DNA of 64,000 nucleotides from Candidatus Saccharicenans sp. (GCA_017992175.1 JAGOPD010000007.1:1164-65163), one strand, 5' to 3'. Shown: positions 45,832 to 56,000, numbered from the stretch's first letter. Numbers and translations: made by a program. The notes: generated by a model from the sequence alone, not told the origin.

Positions 45832-46287
45832 TCAGCCGTTAACATTCTTTTTATCTATGTAGTTTGGCTGAAATGAATTGGTCCTGTCCGGCCAGTTTTT
45901 CTTCTTCCATGATATAAACATAATCGCCACTGGCACAACTAATCCTCCCCTCGTGGGGAATTTTAATCCCCTGGCGTAGGTTACGCCATTTAAATCGTGC
46001 AGGTTTATATGGTTTTTTCCGAATCTCCCTTTCGTTTCCCACAGAGCGATCAGAAAGAATTTATCTTTAAGAAAATATATATTACCGGGATGAAGAAATT
46101 TATCCCACCAGTTACTATGCTCACAGGCTGGATCTCGAGGATCAAGATCCTGGGGAAAGGTATCTGCTTCAGGATAAAACTTAGAAAAATGTTGTTCCTT
46201 TCTCCAATAATTCGCTTTCGGCTCAATTATCTGAAATCGATTGTCTTCATTCCCCGGGTACAGGCCTAACTGGCGTTTAATACAGGA
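45832..46287 (-). pseudogene. 151-codon open frame without a canonical start codon (gene remnant or non-canonical start)
   Basis: My translation reads SCIKRQLGLYPGNEDNRFQIIEPKANYWRKEQHFSKFYPEADTFPQDLDPRDPACEHSNWWDKFLHPGNIYFLKDKFFLIALWETKGRFGKNH... There is no ATG, GTG or TTG until codon ~117. A stop-containing homologue lies at ~42085-42180. Confidence 0.3.
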
Positions 46288-46595
46288 TCAATTAAATCTG
46301 GCCTGCACAAAAAAATGAGTGGAAATTTAGCTGAAAAAGTTTAAAATTTTTGAAAAGTCTTATTTTGACCTGAGGAGGCTATTGGTGCTGTCGTTAGCTG
46401 AGAAAATAATTCTGACGCTCCTGGTTCTGGCTACCATCGTTGTCTTTTTCATTCCAGTTATCAAACGGATCTGGATTATAGCCTCCTGCCAGTCTGAAAA
46501 CCGCTTTGACTCGCTCCTCAAAAGATTTTTTTACACTCTTTTCCGGGTGATTCTCCAGCTCTGCACGCTCCGCAACGAAAGAATCTGGACCGGGC
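46193..46595. repeat. copy B of the segment duplicated at 42081-42479
   Basis: See copy A. It covers the upstream region and first 71 codons of the intact oxidoreductase gene. Confidence 0.8.
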
Positions 46596-48412
46596 TGGCC
46601 CATATCATGATTTTTTATGGAGCCCTGGCCTTCGACACCATGACCATCAACCATGTGCTCGAAGGCTATGTGGATGGCTTTTATCTTTTTGGCTCATCGG
46701 CCGTTGGCCTGGTTTTTTCAGCAGCGGTTGATGCCTTCGCTATTACCGTGCTGGCTGGCATCTGCTTCTTTGCTTTCAAGCGGTTTGGGCTCAAGCCAAA
46801 AGCTTATAATACCTCATCTTTTGATTCGGTTTTGATTTATAGCTTTATTTTCCTGGTAACGGTGACTTATCTTTATTATGAGGCCATCCTGGTGGCCAGT
46901 CATCCAGGAGAAGCCCGCTGGGCCTGGCTGAGCCAGTTCATTGTTTCCAAACTTGGCCTGGCTGGACTTTCTCCGGCAGCTTTAGGGCTTAATTTAAAAA
47001 TTTCTTACTGGCTTCATACTCTGGCTGTTTTTTCTTTCATCGCTTATGTGCCGCATTCTAAATATTTACACATGTTTGCCGGACCGGTTAATCTCTTTTT
47101 TAAAAAACATGAGCCTTCCGGGATAATTGAGCCCCTGGACCTTGAGACGGCGGAAAATTTTGGAGCCGAGAAAGCCACTGATTTTAACTGGAAAGATGCC
47201 CTTGATTCTTTTTCCTGCGTGGAGTGCGGGCGCTGCCAGGATGCCTGCCCGGCTTTTTCGAGCGGTAAAGCCCTGTCGCCCAAGATGATTATTTATAATC
47301 TGGAAAACCATTTTCTGGCTTCTTTTGGAACGATTAGAATGAGAAAAAAAGAGGAGCTCAAACGGCTGGTGCCAGAGGTCTTTAGCGAAGAGGAAATCTG
47401 GGCCTGCACCACCTGCGGCTCCTGTCTCCATGTCTGTCCTTTTGAAATAGAACATCCCAAAAAGTTAATTGATCTCAGGCAGAATCTGGTTCTGGCGGAA
47501 GGCAAATTCCCGGCTGAACTGCGTGATTTTTTCCATCATCTGGAAACTCAAGCCAATCCGTGGGGTCTGGCGGCAGGCAGCCGGTCTGACTGGGCCAAAG
47601 GCCTGGACATTAAAACAGCCGCTGAGCAGCCCACGGCTTCTTATCTTCTCTGGACAGGCTGTTTTGGTGCCTATGATGAGCAGGGGAGGAAAATTGCCAG
47701 AGCAATGGCCACCATTCTTCAGGCTGCTTCAGTTGATTTTGTTGCCCTGGGGAATGAGGAAAAATGCTGTGGCGATTCGGCCCGAAGACTGGGCAACGAA
47801 TACCTTTTTCAGGTACTGGCTCAGGAAAATCTAAAGACTCTGGCTAAATACCGGATCAAGAACATAATTACTTTCTGCCCGCATGGTTACAACACTTTAA
47901 AAAATGAGTATCCTGCCCTGGTTGATATATCAGGAACCTTCAATGAAGAAGAAAAAGAGTTTTTGAAATCCATCCGGGTTATTTCCCATGTCGAGTTTCT
48001 GGCCGGGCTGCTGGCCGGGAAAAAACTGCCTTTGAAGAAATCCGCCACCGGCCAGGTTTACACCTACCATGATGCCTGCTATTACGGGCGGCATAATGGA
48101 CTTTTTGATGAGCCGCGCCAGGTGCTGAAGGCCGCGGCCGGCGACAGGTTAAAAGAGCTCGAGAACTCCCGTGAGCACAGCTTCTGCTGCGGTGCTGGCG
48201 GGGGACTGATGTGGCTGGAGGAAAAGCCCGGCCAGCATGTCAACCACCTGAGAGCTCAAGAAATAATTCAGAGCGGCAGCAACCTGGCAGCCACTGCCTG
48301 CCCCTTCTGTCTGACCATGCTTCAGGATGGATTGCGGGATAAAGGGGCTGACCATATAAAGGTTATGGACTTAGCCCAGATGGTGGTCTCCAATCTCGGC
48401 TTACCTGAGTAG
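46382..48412 (+). CDS. membrane-anchored Fe-S oxidoreductase (polytopic N-domain fused to an HdrD/GlpC/DsrK-like domain with two CCG motifs)
   Basis: About 6 TM helices, then CVECGRCQDACP and CTTCGSCLHVCP ferredoxin motifs, then two cysteine-rich CCG segments (EKCCGDS, HSFCCGAGGG). Confidence 0.85.
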   Translation: MVLSLAEKIILTLLVLATIVVFFIPVIKRIWIIASCQSENRFDSLLKRFFYTLFRVILQLCTLRNERIWTGLAHIMIFYGALAFDTMTINHVLEGYVDGFYLFGSSAVGLVFSAAVDAFAITVLAGICFFAFKRFGLKPKAYNTSSFDSVLIYSFIFLVTVTYLYYEAILVASHPGEARWAWLSQFIVSKLGLAGLSPAALGLNLKISYWLHTLAVFSFIAYVPHSKYLHMFAGPVNLFFKKHEPSGIIEPLDLETAENFGAEKATDFNWKDALDSFSCVECGRCQDACPAFSSGKALSPKMIIYNLENHFLASFGTIRMRKKEELKRLVPEVFSEEEIWACTTCGSCLHVCPFEIEHPKKLIDLRQNLVLAEGKFPAELRDFFHHLETQANPWGLAAGSRSDWAKGLDIKTAAEQPTASYLLWTGCFGAYDEQGRKIARAMATILQAASVDFVALGNEEKCCGDSARRLGNEYLFQVLAQENLKTLAKYRIKNIITFCPHGYNTLKNEYPALVDISGTFNEEEKEFLKSIRVISHVEFLAGLLAGKKLPLKKSATGQVYTYHDACYYGRHNGLFDEPRQVLKAAAGDRLKELENSREHSFCCGAGGGLMWLEEKPGQHVNHLRAQEIIQSGSNLAATACPFCLTMLQDGLRDKGADHIKVMDLAQMVVSNLGLPE

Positions 48413-48468
48413 CGCTGATAACCGGGCTGGTTGCTATCAGGCCTGAAATCGGCTATAAATAATACAAT

Positions 48469-48542
48469 GCGCCTGTAGCTCAGCTGGATAGAGCGACGGA
48501 CTCCGGATCCGTAGGTCGCGCGTTCGAATCGCGCCAGGCGTA
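48469..48542 (+). tRNA. tRNA-Arg (anticodon CCG), CCA not encoded
   Basis: Acceptor GCGCCTG/CAGGCGT (G1-U72 wobble), anticodon stem ACGGA/TCCGT with loop CTCCGGA, T-arm GCGCG-TTCGAAT-CGCGC, discriminator A. Confidence 0.9.
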
Positions 48543-48568
48543 TTTTTTATTTAATAAGGGTAAGGAAA

Positions 48569-49459
48569 ATGACCAGGGTAGCAGGAAGCCGGGTTAAGTC
48601 CAGTAGAAGCAATCTATTTTTCAGCCATTTTAATGCTCTGGGCTCTTTTATTTTTTTTGTTTTCTTTTTGGCTTCAATGGCGGGACAGGCTATGGCAATT
48701 GAACTCTCGTCTGACTATGTCTTTGATAAATCAGCAAAGATGGTTATGGCCTGGCCATTTCTTCCCTTGTCCAGATCGTCTGAGGCCTCTGGAGCCTTCT
48801 TTTCTCTTTCCTCCGGCAAACAGCCTGATTCGGATAAGCAGCCCCGGTTTTACCAGATCTTGCGGGTGGTGGATGGAGATACGCTTGAAGTGGAGTCAAT
48901 CGGGGAAATCAGGCTCATCGGTGTTGACACCCCGGAGCTTTATCATCCCCTCAAGCCTGTTCAGTTTTTCGCTAAGGAAGCTTCAGATTTTGTGAAAGAG
49001 CTGGTCTCTGGCCTGTCGGTCAGGCTTGAATATGACCGGGAAAGGAAAGACAAATACGGGCGGACGCTGGCTTATGTTTATCTTTCCGATGGACGCTGCT
49101 TGAATGAAGAAATAATCCGTCGCGGCTATGGATTTGCCTACACCAGGTTTCCTTTCAGGTATTTAATGAAATACCGGCAGCTGGAAGCTCAAGCCAGAGC
49201 CGAGGGACTTGGCCTATGGGCCAATCAGGGCCTGGATGAATACCGGTGGATAATCAGCCAGGAAAGTGTTCCCTATGAAATCTTTGAGATGGCCAATAAC
49301 TGGTGGGGAATAAAATTTAAACAATATGTCAAAATCAGATTGACCTCAGAGGAATTATTAAAGGAAATAAATATGCTCAGGCAATGGACGAACGAATTTT
49401 CTGACAGCGATCTGAGGGAGACACTTTTTAGTCAGGGCTGGTTGGAGGTTAAGGAGTGA
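48569..49459 (+). CDS. secreted thermonuclease (staphylococcal nuclease, SNase fold) with extra C-terminal domain
   Basis: Signal/anchor segment, then SNase motifs VVDGDTLEV, IRLIGVDTPE, DKYGRTLAYVY and the EEIIRRGYGFAY-type region. It is followed by about 80 aa of unknown sequence. Confidence 0.8.
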   Translation: MTRVAGSRVKSSRSNLFFSHFNALGSFIFFVFFLASMAGQAMAIELSSDYVFDKSAKMVMAWPFLPLSRSSEASGAFFSLSSGKQPDSDKQPRFYQILRVVDGDTLEVESIGEIRLIGVDTPELYHPLKPVQFFAKEASDFVKELVSGLSVRLEYDRERKDKYGRTLAYVYLSDGRCLNEEIIRRGYGFAYTRFPFRYLMKYRQLEAQARAEGLGLWANQGLDEYRWIISQESVPYEIFEMANNWWGIKFKQYVKIRLTSEELLKEINMLRQWTNEFSDSDLRETLFSQGWLEVKE

Positions 49460-49836
49460 AAAAAACACCGACCCTTATTGTAGCTGTCGCCTTCCTTCTG
49501 GCTGGTCTTGCTGCTATCCAGGCTGTGGCCCAGGAAAAGGTTGAAAAAGAAATATCCTGGGAAGAGGCAGCTAATTACTACGGCCAGACAGTCTGGGTGA
49601 GGGGTAAGGTGGTGGCGGCCAACAACACCGGCAAAGTCTGCTTTCTTAACTTCCACCGCAACTGGAAAAGATATTTTACGGTGGTTATTTTTGCCAGCTC
49701 TTTTTCCCTTTTCCCCGAACCGCCGGAAAAGCTTTATTTAAATAAGGAAATCAGGGTTTACGGCCGCCTCAAAGAATATCAGGGCAAGCCCGAAATAATC
49801 GTTGAGTCGCCCGATCAGATAGAAATTATCAAATAG
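49456..49836 (+). CDS. small secreted protein, possibly OB-fold
   Basis: Signal peptide and a beta-rich 100-aa body (VWVRGKVV...VCFLNF...[18 protein letters not shown]). Its start overlaps the nuclease stop by 4 nt. Confidence 0.5.
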   Translation: MKKTPTLIVAVAFLLAGLAAIQAVAQEKVEKEISWEEAANYYGQTVWVRGKVVAANNTGKVCFLNFHRNWKRYFTVVIFASSFSLFPEPPEKLYLNKEIRVYGRLKEYQGKPEIIVESPDQIEIIK

Positions 49837-50863
49837 GGCAAACTGCTTTTTTGTTTTTCTTAAGATATTGCTGATGATACTCTTCGGCCCGGTAAAAATG
49901 GCTGAAAGGCACAATCTCGGTTACAATTTTGCCGTGATAATGTCCGCTGGCCTGAAGTTCTTCCTTAACTTTTTCGGCTATCTGCCGCTGCTCTTCAGTA
50001 TGATAAAAAATGGTCGAACGGTAATTGGTGCCGACATCAGGTCCCTGACGGTTAAGCTGAGTTGGGTCGTGAAGGGCAAAAAATTGGCGGACCAGCTGTT
50101 CGTAGCTAACCGCCTGCGGGTTGAAGACCACCTGAACGGCTTCAGCATGACCTGTTTTCCCCGAGCAAACCTGCTCATAAGTGGGATTAGCTGTTTTCCC
50201 GCCACTATAGCCAACAACAGTTGAGATAACACCTTCTATTTGACTGAATCTCTCTTCAACTCCCCAGAAACAGCCGGCGGCGAAGGTCGCAACCTGCGGG
50301 AGTTCTTTGGCCGCTTGTTCTTTTGGCTCAAAATTAAGAGCAGCCGAGTTTATACAGTAATGCTTACCTCCCGGGGCCGGTCCATCGTCAAATAGATGGC
50401 CAAGGTGAGCTCCGCAGGTGGCACAGGTCACTTCAATCCGGTGAAGGCCAAAAGAAAAATCGTCTTTATACTCCAGATTGGCCCCGGTTAAGGCTTCTTT
50501 GAAGCTCGGCCAGCCACTGCCGTGGTCATACTTGTCATCTGATTTAAAAAGAGGAGCACCACAGGCGGCACAAAAATAAACCCCTTCTTCCCAGAAGTCA
50601 TTATATTTTCCACTAAAAGGCGGTTCGGTAGAACACTTGAACATTACTTTATATTGTTCGGGACTGAGTTCTTTTTTCCATTCTTCTTTGCTTTTATTGA
50701 CTTTTTTCACCGGTTTATCTCCTTGAACCTGGCTGAGGGCTGCAGCTTCTCCCCGGTAAGCCAGAGCATTCAAGCCCTTCCAGCCAGCCCAGGCCAGAAT
50801 CAAACTCAACCCGAGGATTATAACTTTTTGATAAAATCTAGTCATCTGACAGCTCCTGGCCAA
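49829..50863 (-). CDS. msrBA: membrane-anchored bifunctional methionine sulfoxide reductase MsrB-MsrA
   Basis: N-terminal TM anchor. MsrB zinc and active-site motifs ([25 protein letters not shown], the RH of HRIEV), followed by the MsrA motif GCFWG. Confidence 0.9.
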   Translation of the reverse strand: MARSCQMTRFYQKVIILGLSLILAWAGWKGLNALAYRGEAAALSQVQGDKPVKKVNKSKEEWKKELSPEQYKVMFKCSTEPPFSGKYNDFWEEGVYFCAACGAPLFKSDDKYDHGSGWPSFKEALTGANLEYKDDFSFGLHRIEVTCATCGAHLGHLFDDGPAPGGKHYCINSAALNFEPKEQAAKELPQVATFAAGCFWGVEERFSQIEGVISTVVGYSGGKTANPTYEQVCSGKTGHAEAVQVVFNPQAVSYEQLVRQFFALHDPTQLNRQGPDVGTNYRSTIFYHTEEQRQIAEKVKEELQASGHYHGKIVTEIVPFSHFYRAEEYHQQYLKKNKKAVCPI

Positions 50864-50990
50864 GAAATCCTACTAAATTAGTATACATTAATTTCAGGTC
50901 AGGCGTAATAGATTGAGGCTAAATATTTAGTTTAGCTGTTATAAAGGCTGATCCCTATAAAATTAGAGAAGGGCAGAGGACTAAGAGGTC

Positions 50991-52784
50991 TTATTCAGAC
51001 GACAGGCAGACGCCAACTGCTCCCAGGCCATTGTGGACGCCAACGACCGGAGAAGCTTCTTCGATAAAGCTTACCTGGCGGCCCGTAATCCGTTCAATTT
51101 CCCGGGCATAAGCTTCAGCTCTCGGACGATTACCGGCGTGAACAATCGCAAAAGAATGAATAGGATGGGCGGCCTGCTTTTTTCTTACCATCTTAAGAAT
51201 CTTTTTGAAGTTCTGCCGCCGGCTGAAGGACTGACGGCAGGGGACAGCCTGACCGAGTTTATTGATAGTGATAATTGGCTTGATGTTAAGCAATTTGGCC
51301 AGTAAACCCTTCATCGGGCTGACCCGTCCGCCTTTGACCAGATATTTCAGGGTTCTGATATCAACCAGAATTTCGGTTTTGTCCACCAGCTCTTCGGCCT
51401 GGCGGGCCAGTTCATCCACTTCCCGGGCATCATCCTGTGGCTCCTGTGGCCAGTTTTCAAGCAGCCGCTCAACGATAAGCCCGGAAGAACCTGAAATGTG
51501 GCGGCTGTCTACTATTCTTATTTTTTTCTCTGGAAATTTTTCTGCCACCGCTTTAACCAGATTATAGAAGCCGGACAGGGCGCTCGAAATGGTCAGAACC
51601 AGAATGGAGTCATAATGACTGCTCAGAAATGAAAACCAGTTTTCTATGGTTTTAGGCGAAGGCTGGGCGCTGCCGGGCATTATTTCCTCTTCGGCCAGCA
51701 TCTTATAAATTCTCTGGGGAGAGATGGTCAGTTTGTCGAGGAAAACATGATCCTTGATATTTAAAAGAAGCGGGATGACCACGACCTGATTCTCTTCAAG
51801 GAGTGAGACTGGCAAATCACAGGAAGAATCTACGACCAGAGCTATCTTGCTTTTTGGCCTGAAGCTTATTTCCGACTGAAGCTTCATGTCTTCTACTTTG
51901 GGTTGAACAATCGTGCCCAGGTTTTTAAGGGCCTCAAATAATCTCTCCGGTTCGTTGGTATGAACATGAAATCTGACCCTGGTTTCAGAACCGCCGACTA
52001 TGGCTGACTCTCCAGCTTTGACCACTATCTCTTTTATCTGATTAAAGTCCAGATTATCTCCAGTGAGCAGAGCTTCAGTGCAATAACGGAAGGGGATATC
52101 CTCTTTGGGCTGGTGGGGAGCTTCTCCGAATTCAATTTCCGGCACTTCCTGGTTTAAGACATCCTTCAGGCTGCCCTGATGAATAAAATTTACCACACCC
52201 TCTATAAAATCCACAAAGCCCTTGGCTCCGGCGTCAACTACCCCGGCTTTTTTCAGGGCAGGCAGTCTTTTGGGTGTTTCCTGGAGAACCTGTTTAGCCC
52301 GGTCAAGAGAATGATGAAGCAGCTCATGGAAATCAGAAAAGCGGTGCCGGCTCTGATAGATTTCTTCAGCCCACTCTCTGATAAGGGTCAGAATTGTGCC
52401 TTCCTGAGGCCGGGCAGTGGAGCTATAAGCATAGCGAACGGCATTTTTAACTGACTCACCGAAACGGGCAGCGGAGATTCGCAAATCGTTGCCCAGTTCC
52501 CGGCTAAGTCCATAGATATACTGGGCGAAAATCAGCCCGGAGTTTCCCCGGGCGCCGGTCAGGGCAGCTTCGGCTATAGAATTAAGTGATTCTTTGGCCG
52601 AGCGGGAAGGGCGAGCCTGTTCGGCTATGGCTTTCATGGTTGAAGCTAAGTTGGTTCCGGTATCGCCATCTGGAACCGGATAGACGTTTATTTTATTAAG
52701 GTAGGCAAAATCTTTGATGACTGCCTGACCACCAGCCAGAAAAGCCAGATATAGCCTCCGGCCGTCAAGATATTTTATTTTCAT
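50991..52784 (-). CDS. DAK2/DhaL (FakA-like) domain fused to a DegV (FakB-like) fatty-acid-binding domain
   Basis: N-terminus NVYPVPDGDTGTN and GNSG (DhaL/Dak2), a YloV-like middle region (RYCTE...VHVHT), then a DegV pattern (IALVVDSSCDLP...SAQPSP...ISSALSG). Confidence 0.8.
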   Translation of the reverse strand: MKIKYLDGRRLYLAFLAGGQAVIKDFAYLNKINVYPVPDGDTGTNLASTMKAIAEQARPSRSAKESLNSIAEAALTGARGNSGLIFAQYIYGLSRELGNDLRISAARFGESVKNAVRYAYSSTARPQEGTILTLIREWAEEIYQSRHRFSDFHELLHHSLDRAKQVLQETPKRLPALKKAGVVDAGAKGFVDFIEGVVNFIHQGSLKDVLNQEVPEIEFGEAPHQPKEDIPFRYCTEALLTGDNLDFNQIKEIVVKAGESAIVGGSETRVRFHVHTNEPERLFEALKNLGTIVQPKVEDMKLQSEISFRPKSKIALVVDSSCDLPVSLLEENQVVVIPLLLNIKDHVFLDKLTISPQRIYKMLAEEEIMPGSAQPSPKTIENWFSFLSSHYDSILVLTISSALSGFYNLVKAVAEKFPEKKIRIVDSRHISGSSGLIVERLLENWPQEPQDDAREVDELARQAEELVDKTEILVDIRTLKYLVKGGRVSPMKGLLAKLLNIKPIITINKLGQAVPCRQSFSRRQNFKKILKMVRKKQAAHPIHSFAIVHAGNRPRAEAYAREIERITGRQVSFIEEASPVVGVHNGLGAVGVCLSSE

Positions 52785-53067
52785 CAGCGATATTTGTCCT
52801 TTATTAGGCTGCTTTCTTGACTGCTGTCTTTTGTCCTTGTTTAGCTGCTGAGCTTTAAGCTTGTCATTTTACCAGAATATTTGAGATTTAACTACCATCT
52901 AATAAAATAAAAAAGATTTTCAGGCACCGAAGGCTTAAATGATGCAATTAAAACCGCTGAGCTCAGATGGCTCTATTCAGAGAAGCCACAGGCACTGTGG
53001 CGGAAGCCAGGCTTTCCAGGCTCATACTTAAAAGAGACACTAAGTCAAAATGATGAATTTATGTACT

Positions 53068-56000
53068 CTACCTTATTATCTGGTAGATTTCGCGCCAAGA
53101 CTTGATTCGGAGCAACGAACCCACCGGCTGTTCCAGTCTTTCAATCGTTGAATTATATTCCTGGATATAGACATCCTGCTTATAGGTACCACCGACCCGT
53201 TGACGCTCGCCAACTGTCACCGCTGTTCTGGCTTTACTGGCCAGAGCTAAATAATCCGTGGCCTGACCCTGGGCATTCTTAAGGGCGCTACTGCCTGTGG
53301 CCTGACCTAACATCGGTTGAATAAAGCGCGCATAAAGGCGTCCCGCTTCTCCCCCGAGGTTCTGGCAGGGGTCAGCGGCTTCAATGCTGCCTTTAAGGGT
53401 GCTGAAATAAACAATATAATTGGCGATTACAGGATCTGCCCAGACTCTTTCTCCGACAGTCAAGCTACCCGCCTTCTTGGTCAGAGGGATGCCGGTTTCA
53501 GTTACATCGCCAATGAACCACTCGACAGCTGAAGTTCCTGTAGTTTTACTATCATCCATCAAAGCTACGAAAGAATAGTTTCGAGTAGATGGTGCTCGTT
53601 CGTCACCACCGGTACCAAAATAAATCCTGGGATAATTTGAACCGGAAGTAGCATAACCCAGATAAATTGCCGGTTTGGTGATGATTGGATAGAGGCAACG
53701 GTCGGTATAAATCGTATTACAGGACCAACTATTAGCATGGCCCGAACTGGCATCCAGACGCCAGAGGTGACCATCCAGATCGCCAAAATAGACATAGTCA
53801 ACATCACCGTCGCGGTCGAGGTCAACTCCATTAGGAGAACCAGGGAGGGCAACATAGATGTTAGCAAACGGATTTCCAGAATTTCTCCTGCTTGATGAAT
53901 CGACGTCCGAAATCTTTTTTGACCATAAGACATTACCATCTTCAATCTTGATGGCAGCAAAAGTGTTGCCGATGTAAAGCTGGTGGCGGACATCATCTAG
54001 ATGTGTATAGCCAGAACCGACAAAAGCCACCCAGGTTGGGCTGCCAGATATATCAACTTTTCCTATATAAGGAACAGACCAGGTCTGACCATTGGTCATA
54101 TTATAATTTTTCCCAGACCTCTTTATTCTTACCCCGGCAAATTCCCACATGGGTATTGGATTCTCTGGATCTGTCACATCCAGGGCAAAATAATAATAAT
54201 GCTTCCTGTTAGTATCACCATTTGTATACCCATCTGGTTTAGAACCCCAGCCTTCTCCCTGCCCGCAAACAAGGACTGTTCTCCACTGGTTATTTATATA
54301 AACATCGGAGACAGAAGGGGAGCTATCTACATAAGCCTTCCTTGAAAAATATCTTAGATGGCTGGAGGTATCAACGGGCCACATTTCTGTTAACCTGGAA
54401 AGCAGGTTGTAGGGGATATAAGCCCAGAGTTCTTCGCCGGTTGAAACATCAAAACAATGTAGCATGCCATCATTGGCACCGACATAGATAACTTTTCTTC
54501 TGTCTTCATTGGCGAGCTTAAATTCAGCATAACCAGAGCCCATTAAAACGGCATCCTCATTTGGTGGGCCAATTACCGCCGGGGTAGAATGGTTTATGTC
54601 TCCTAAACGCCAGTAACGTCCCTGACCACGAACAAATTCAATAAGGCCAAGGTTATCATTGTCTGTATCGCTAATAAAATTCTGTAGAACATTTACATTG
54701 TTTATATTAAATTCTACTCTTTGCAAACTGCCAGCATTTGGCTTATTTGGGTTAATGGCTGTATATATAGTTCTGGTCGCTGGTTCTCTTTCCTCCAGCA
54801 GCTGGCCGGCGTCCCAGAGAAGTTCGACACCCGGAGCCAGCTCCCTGCCTGTCTCCGATTCGAGGTCTGAACTGCTCACTGTTCTCAGAGTCGAGTAATT
54901 GTTCTGGATAGAAGTCATGCCGGTCACATCATAAGCTCTCAGGTGACCTTCCCACCCCGGGTAGATAAAAGAGGCAGCTATGATCAACTTACGGTTTTGC
55001 CCGCTGCGGTCAATAACAGATGTAGAAACTGATGATCTGGAATATTCCTGCCGGCCAACATAGGTAAATTCAATAGTTAAGTTTCTGATAAGAGGCGTGT
55101 CATAAGAAGCTCCGGTGTACTCAGCCATGGAGTCTTCGGGTGCAGATAATATAGCCTTCCACCTAAGGTCAGCGCCAAAATTGTTGAAGGTATGCCAGTT
55201 AGAATCTGACCATGGCCGGATATTAGTTCCCTCAAACGTCTGGTATGGCTCCCAGTGCAGTCCACCATCGTTGGACAGAAAGAATTGGACTTTTAACCCC
55301 GTAGATGATCCGCTGACCCCTTGATTTAAGTTGACTATTCGGGCTTTGGTTATAGCATACTGCCTGGGATTGAGCAGGCCTTCAACGACATTAGTTGAAA
55401 CAGCTTCGCCGTAAAGAGCATAAACAGAAGCCAGTTTATTAATTATCAGGTAATAATCTCCAGAATGATTGGCGTCGGCTAAAACCAGATCCATATCCCC
55501 ATCTAAGTCATAATCAAGCATGGTACAGATATCCACATCATAAGAAGGGGGAATAATCGGTTGACAATTATTGAGACACAGGAAATTCCAGTTTACCTCT
55601 TGATGAGTTACAGGTTCCCCGGTTTCAGGGTCGGTTGTAGTGACATCAACTAAGCCCTGGTTCTTAAATATCCACATATGGGCCTGATTACCTGCACACC
55701 AGGCGTCTGTAGCACCAAAAATATCTGGCCGGCCGTCTTTCTTGAAGTCGGTTACAGTTAATGCTACAGTTCCGGTAACATTAGCGATAGGAATAGGAAT
55801 TTCGCTGAAACTAAAATTGCCAGCACCATCATTCAAGTAATAAGCAAGGTAGGGCCAATCGTTAACTGAACCAGCCACCACATCAATATCCCCATCCAGG
55901 TCAAAGTCTCCTGAAGAGACAGCTGAGGTTCCTCTGTTTTCATAGCCGTCGGGGGTAGGGGCAGAGTATCCAGTTCGCCGATCATATTTGAGCTCTTCGA

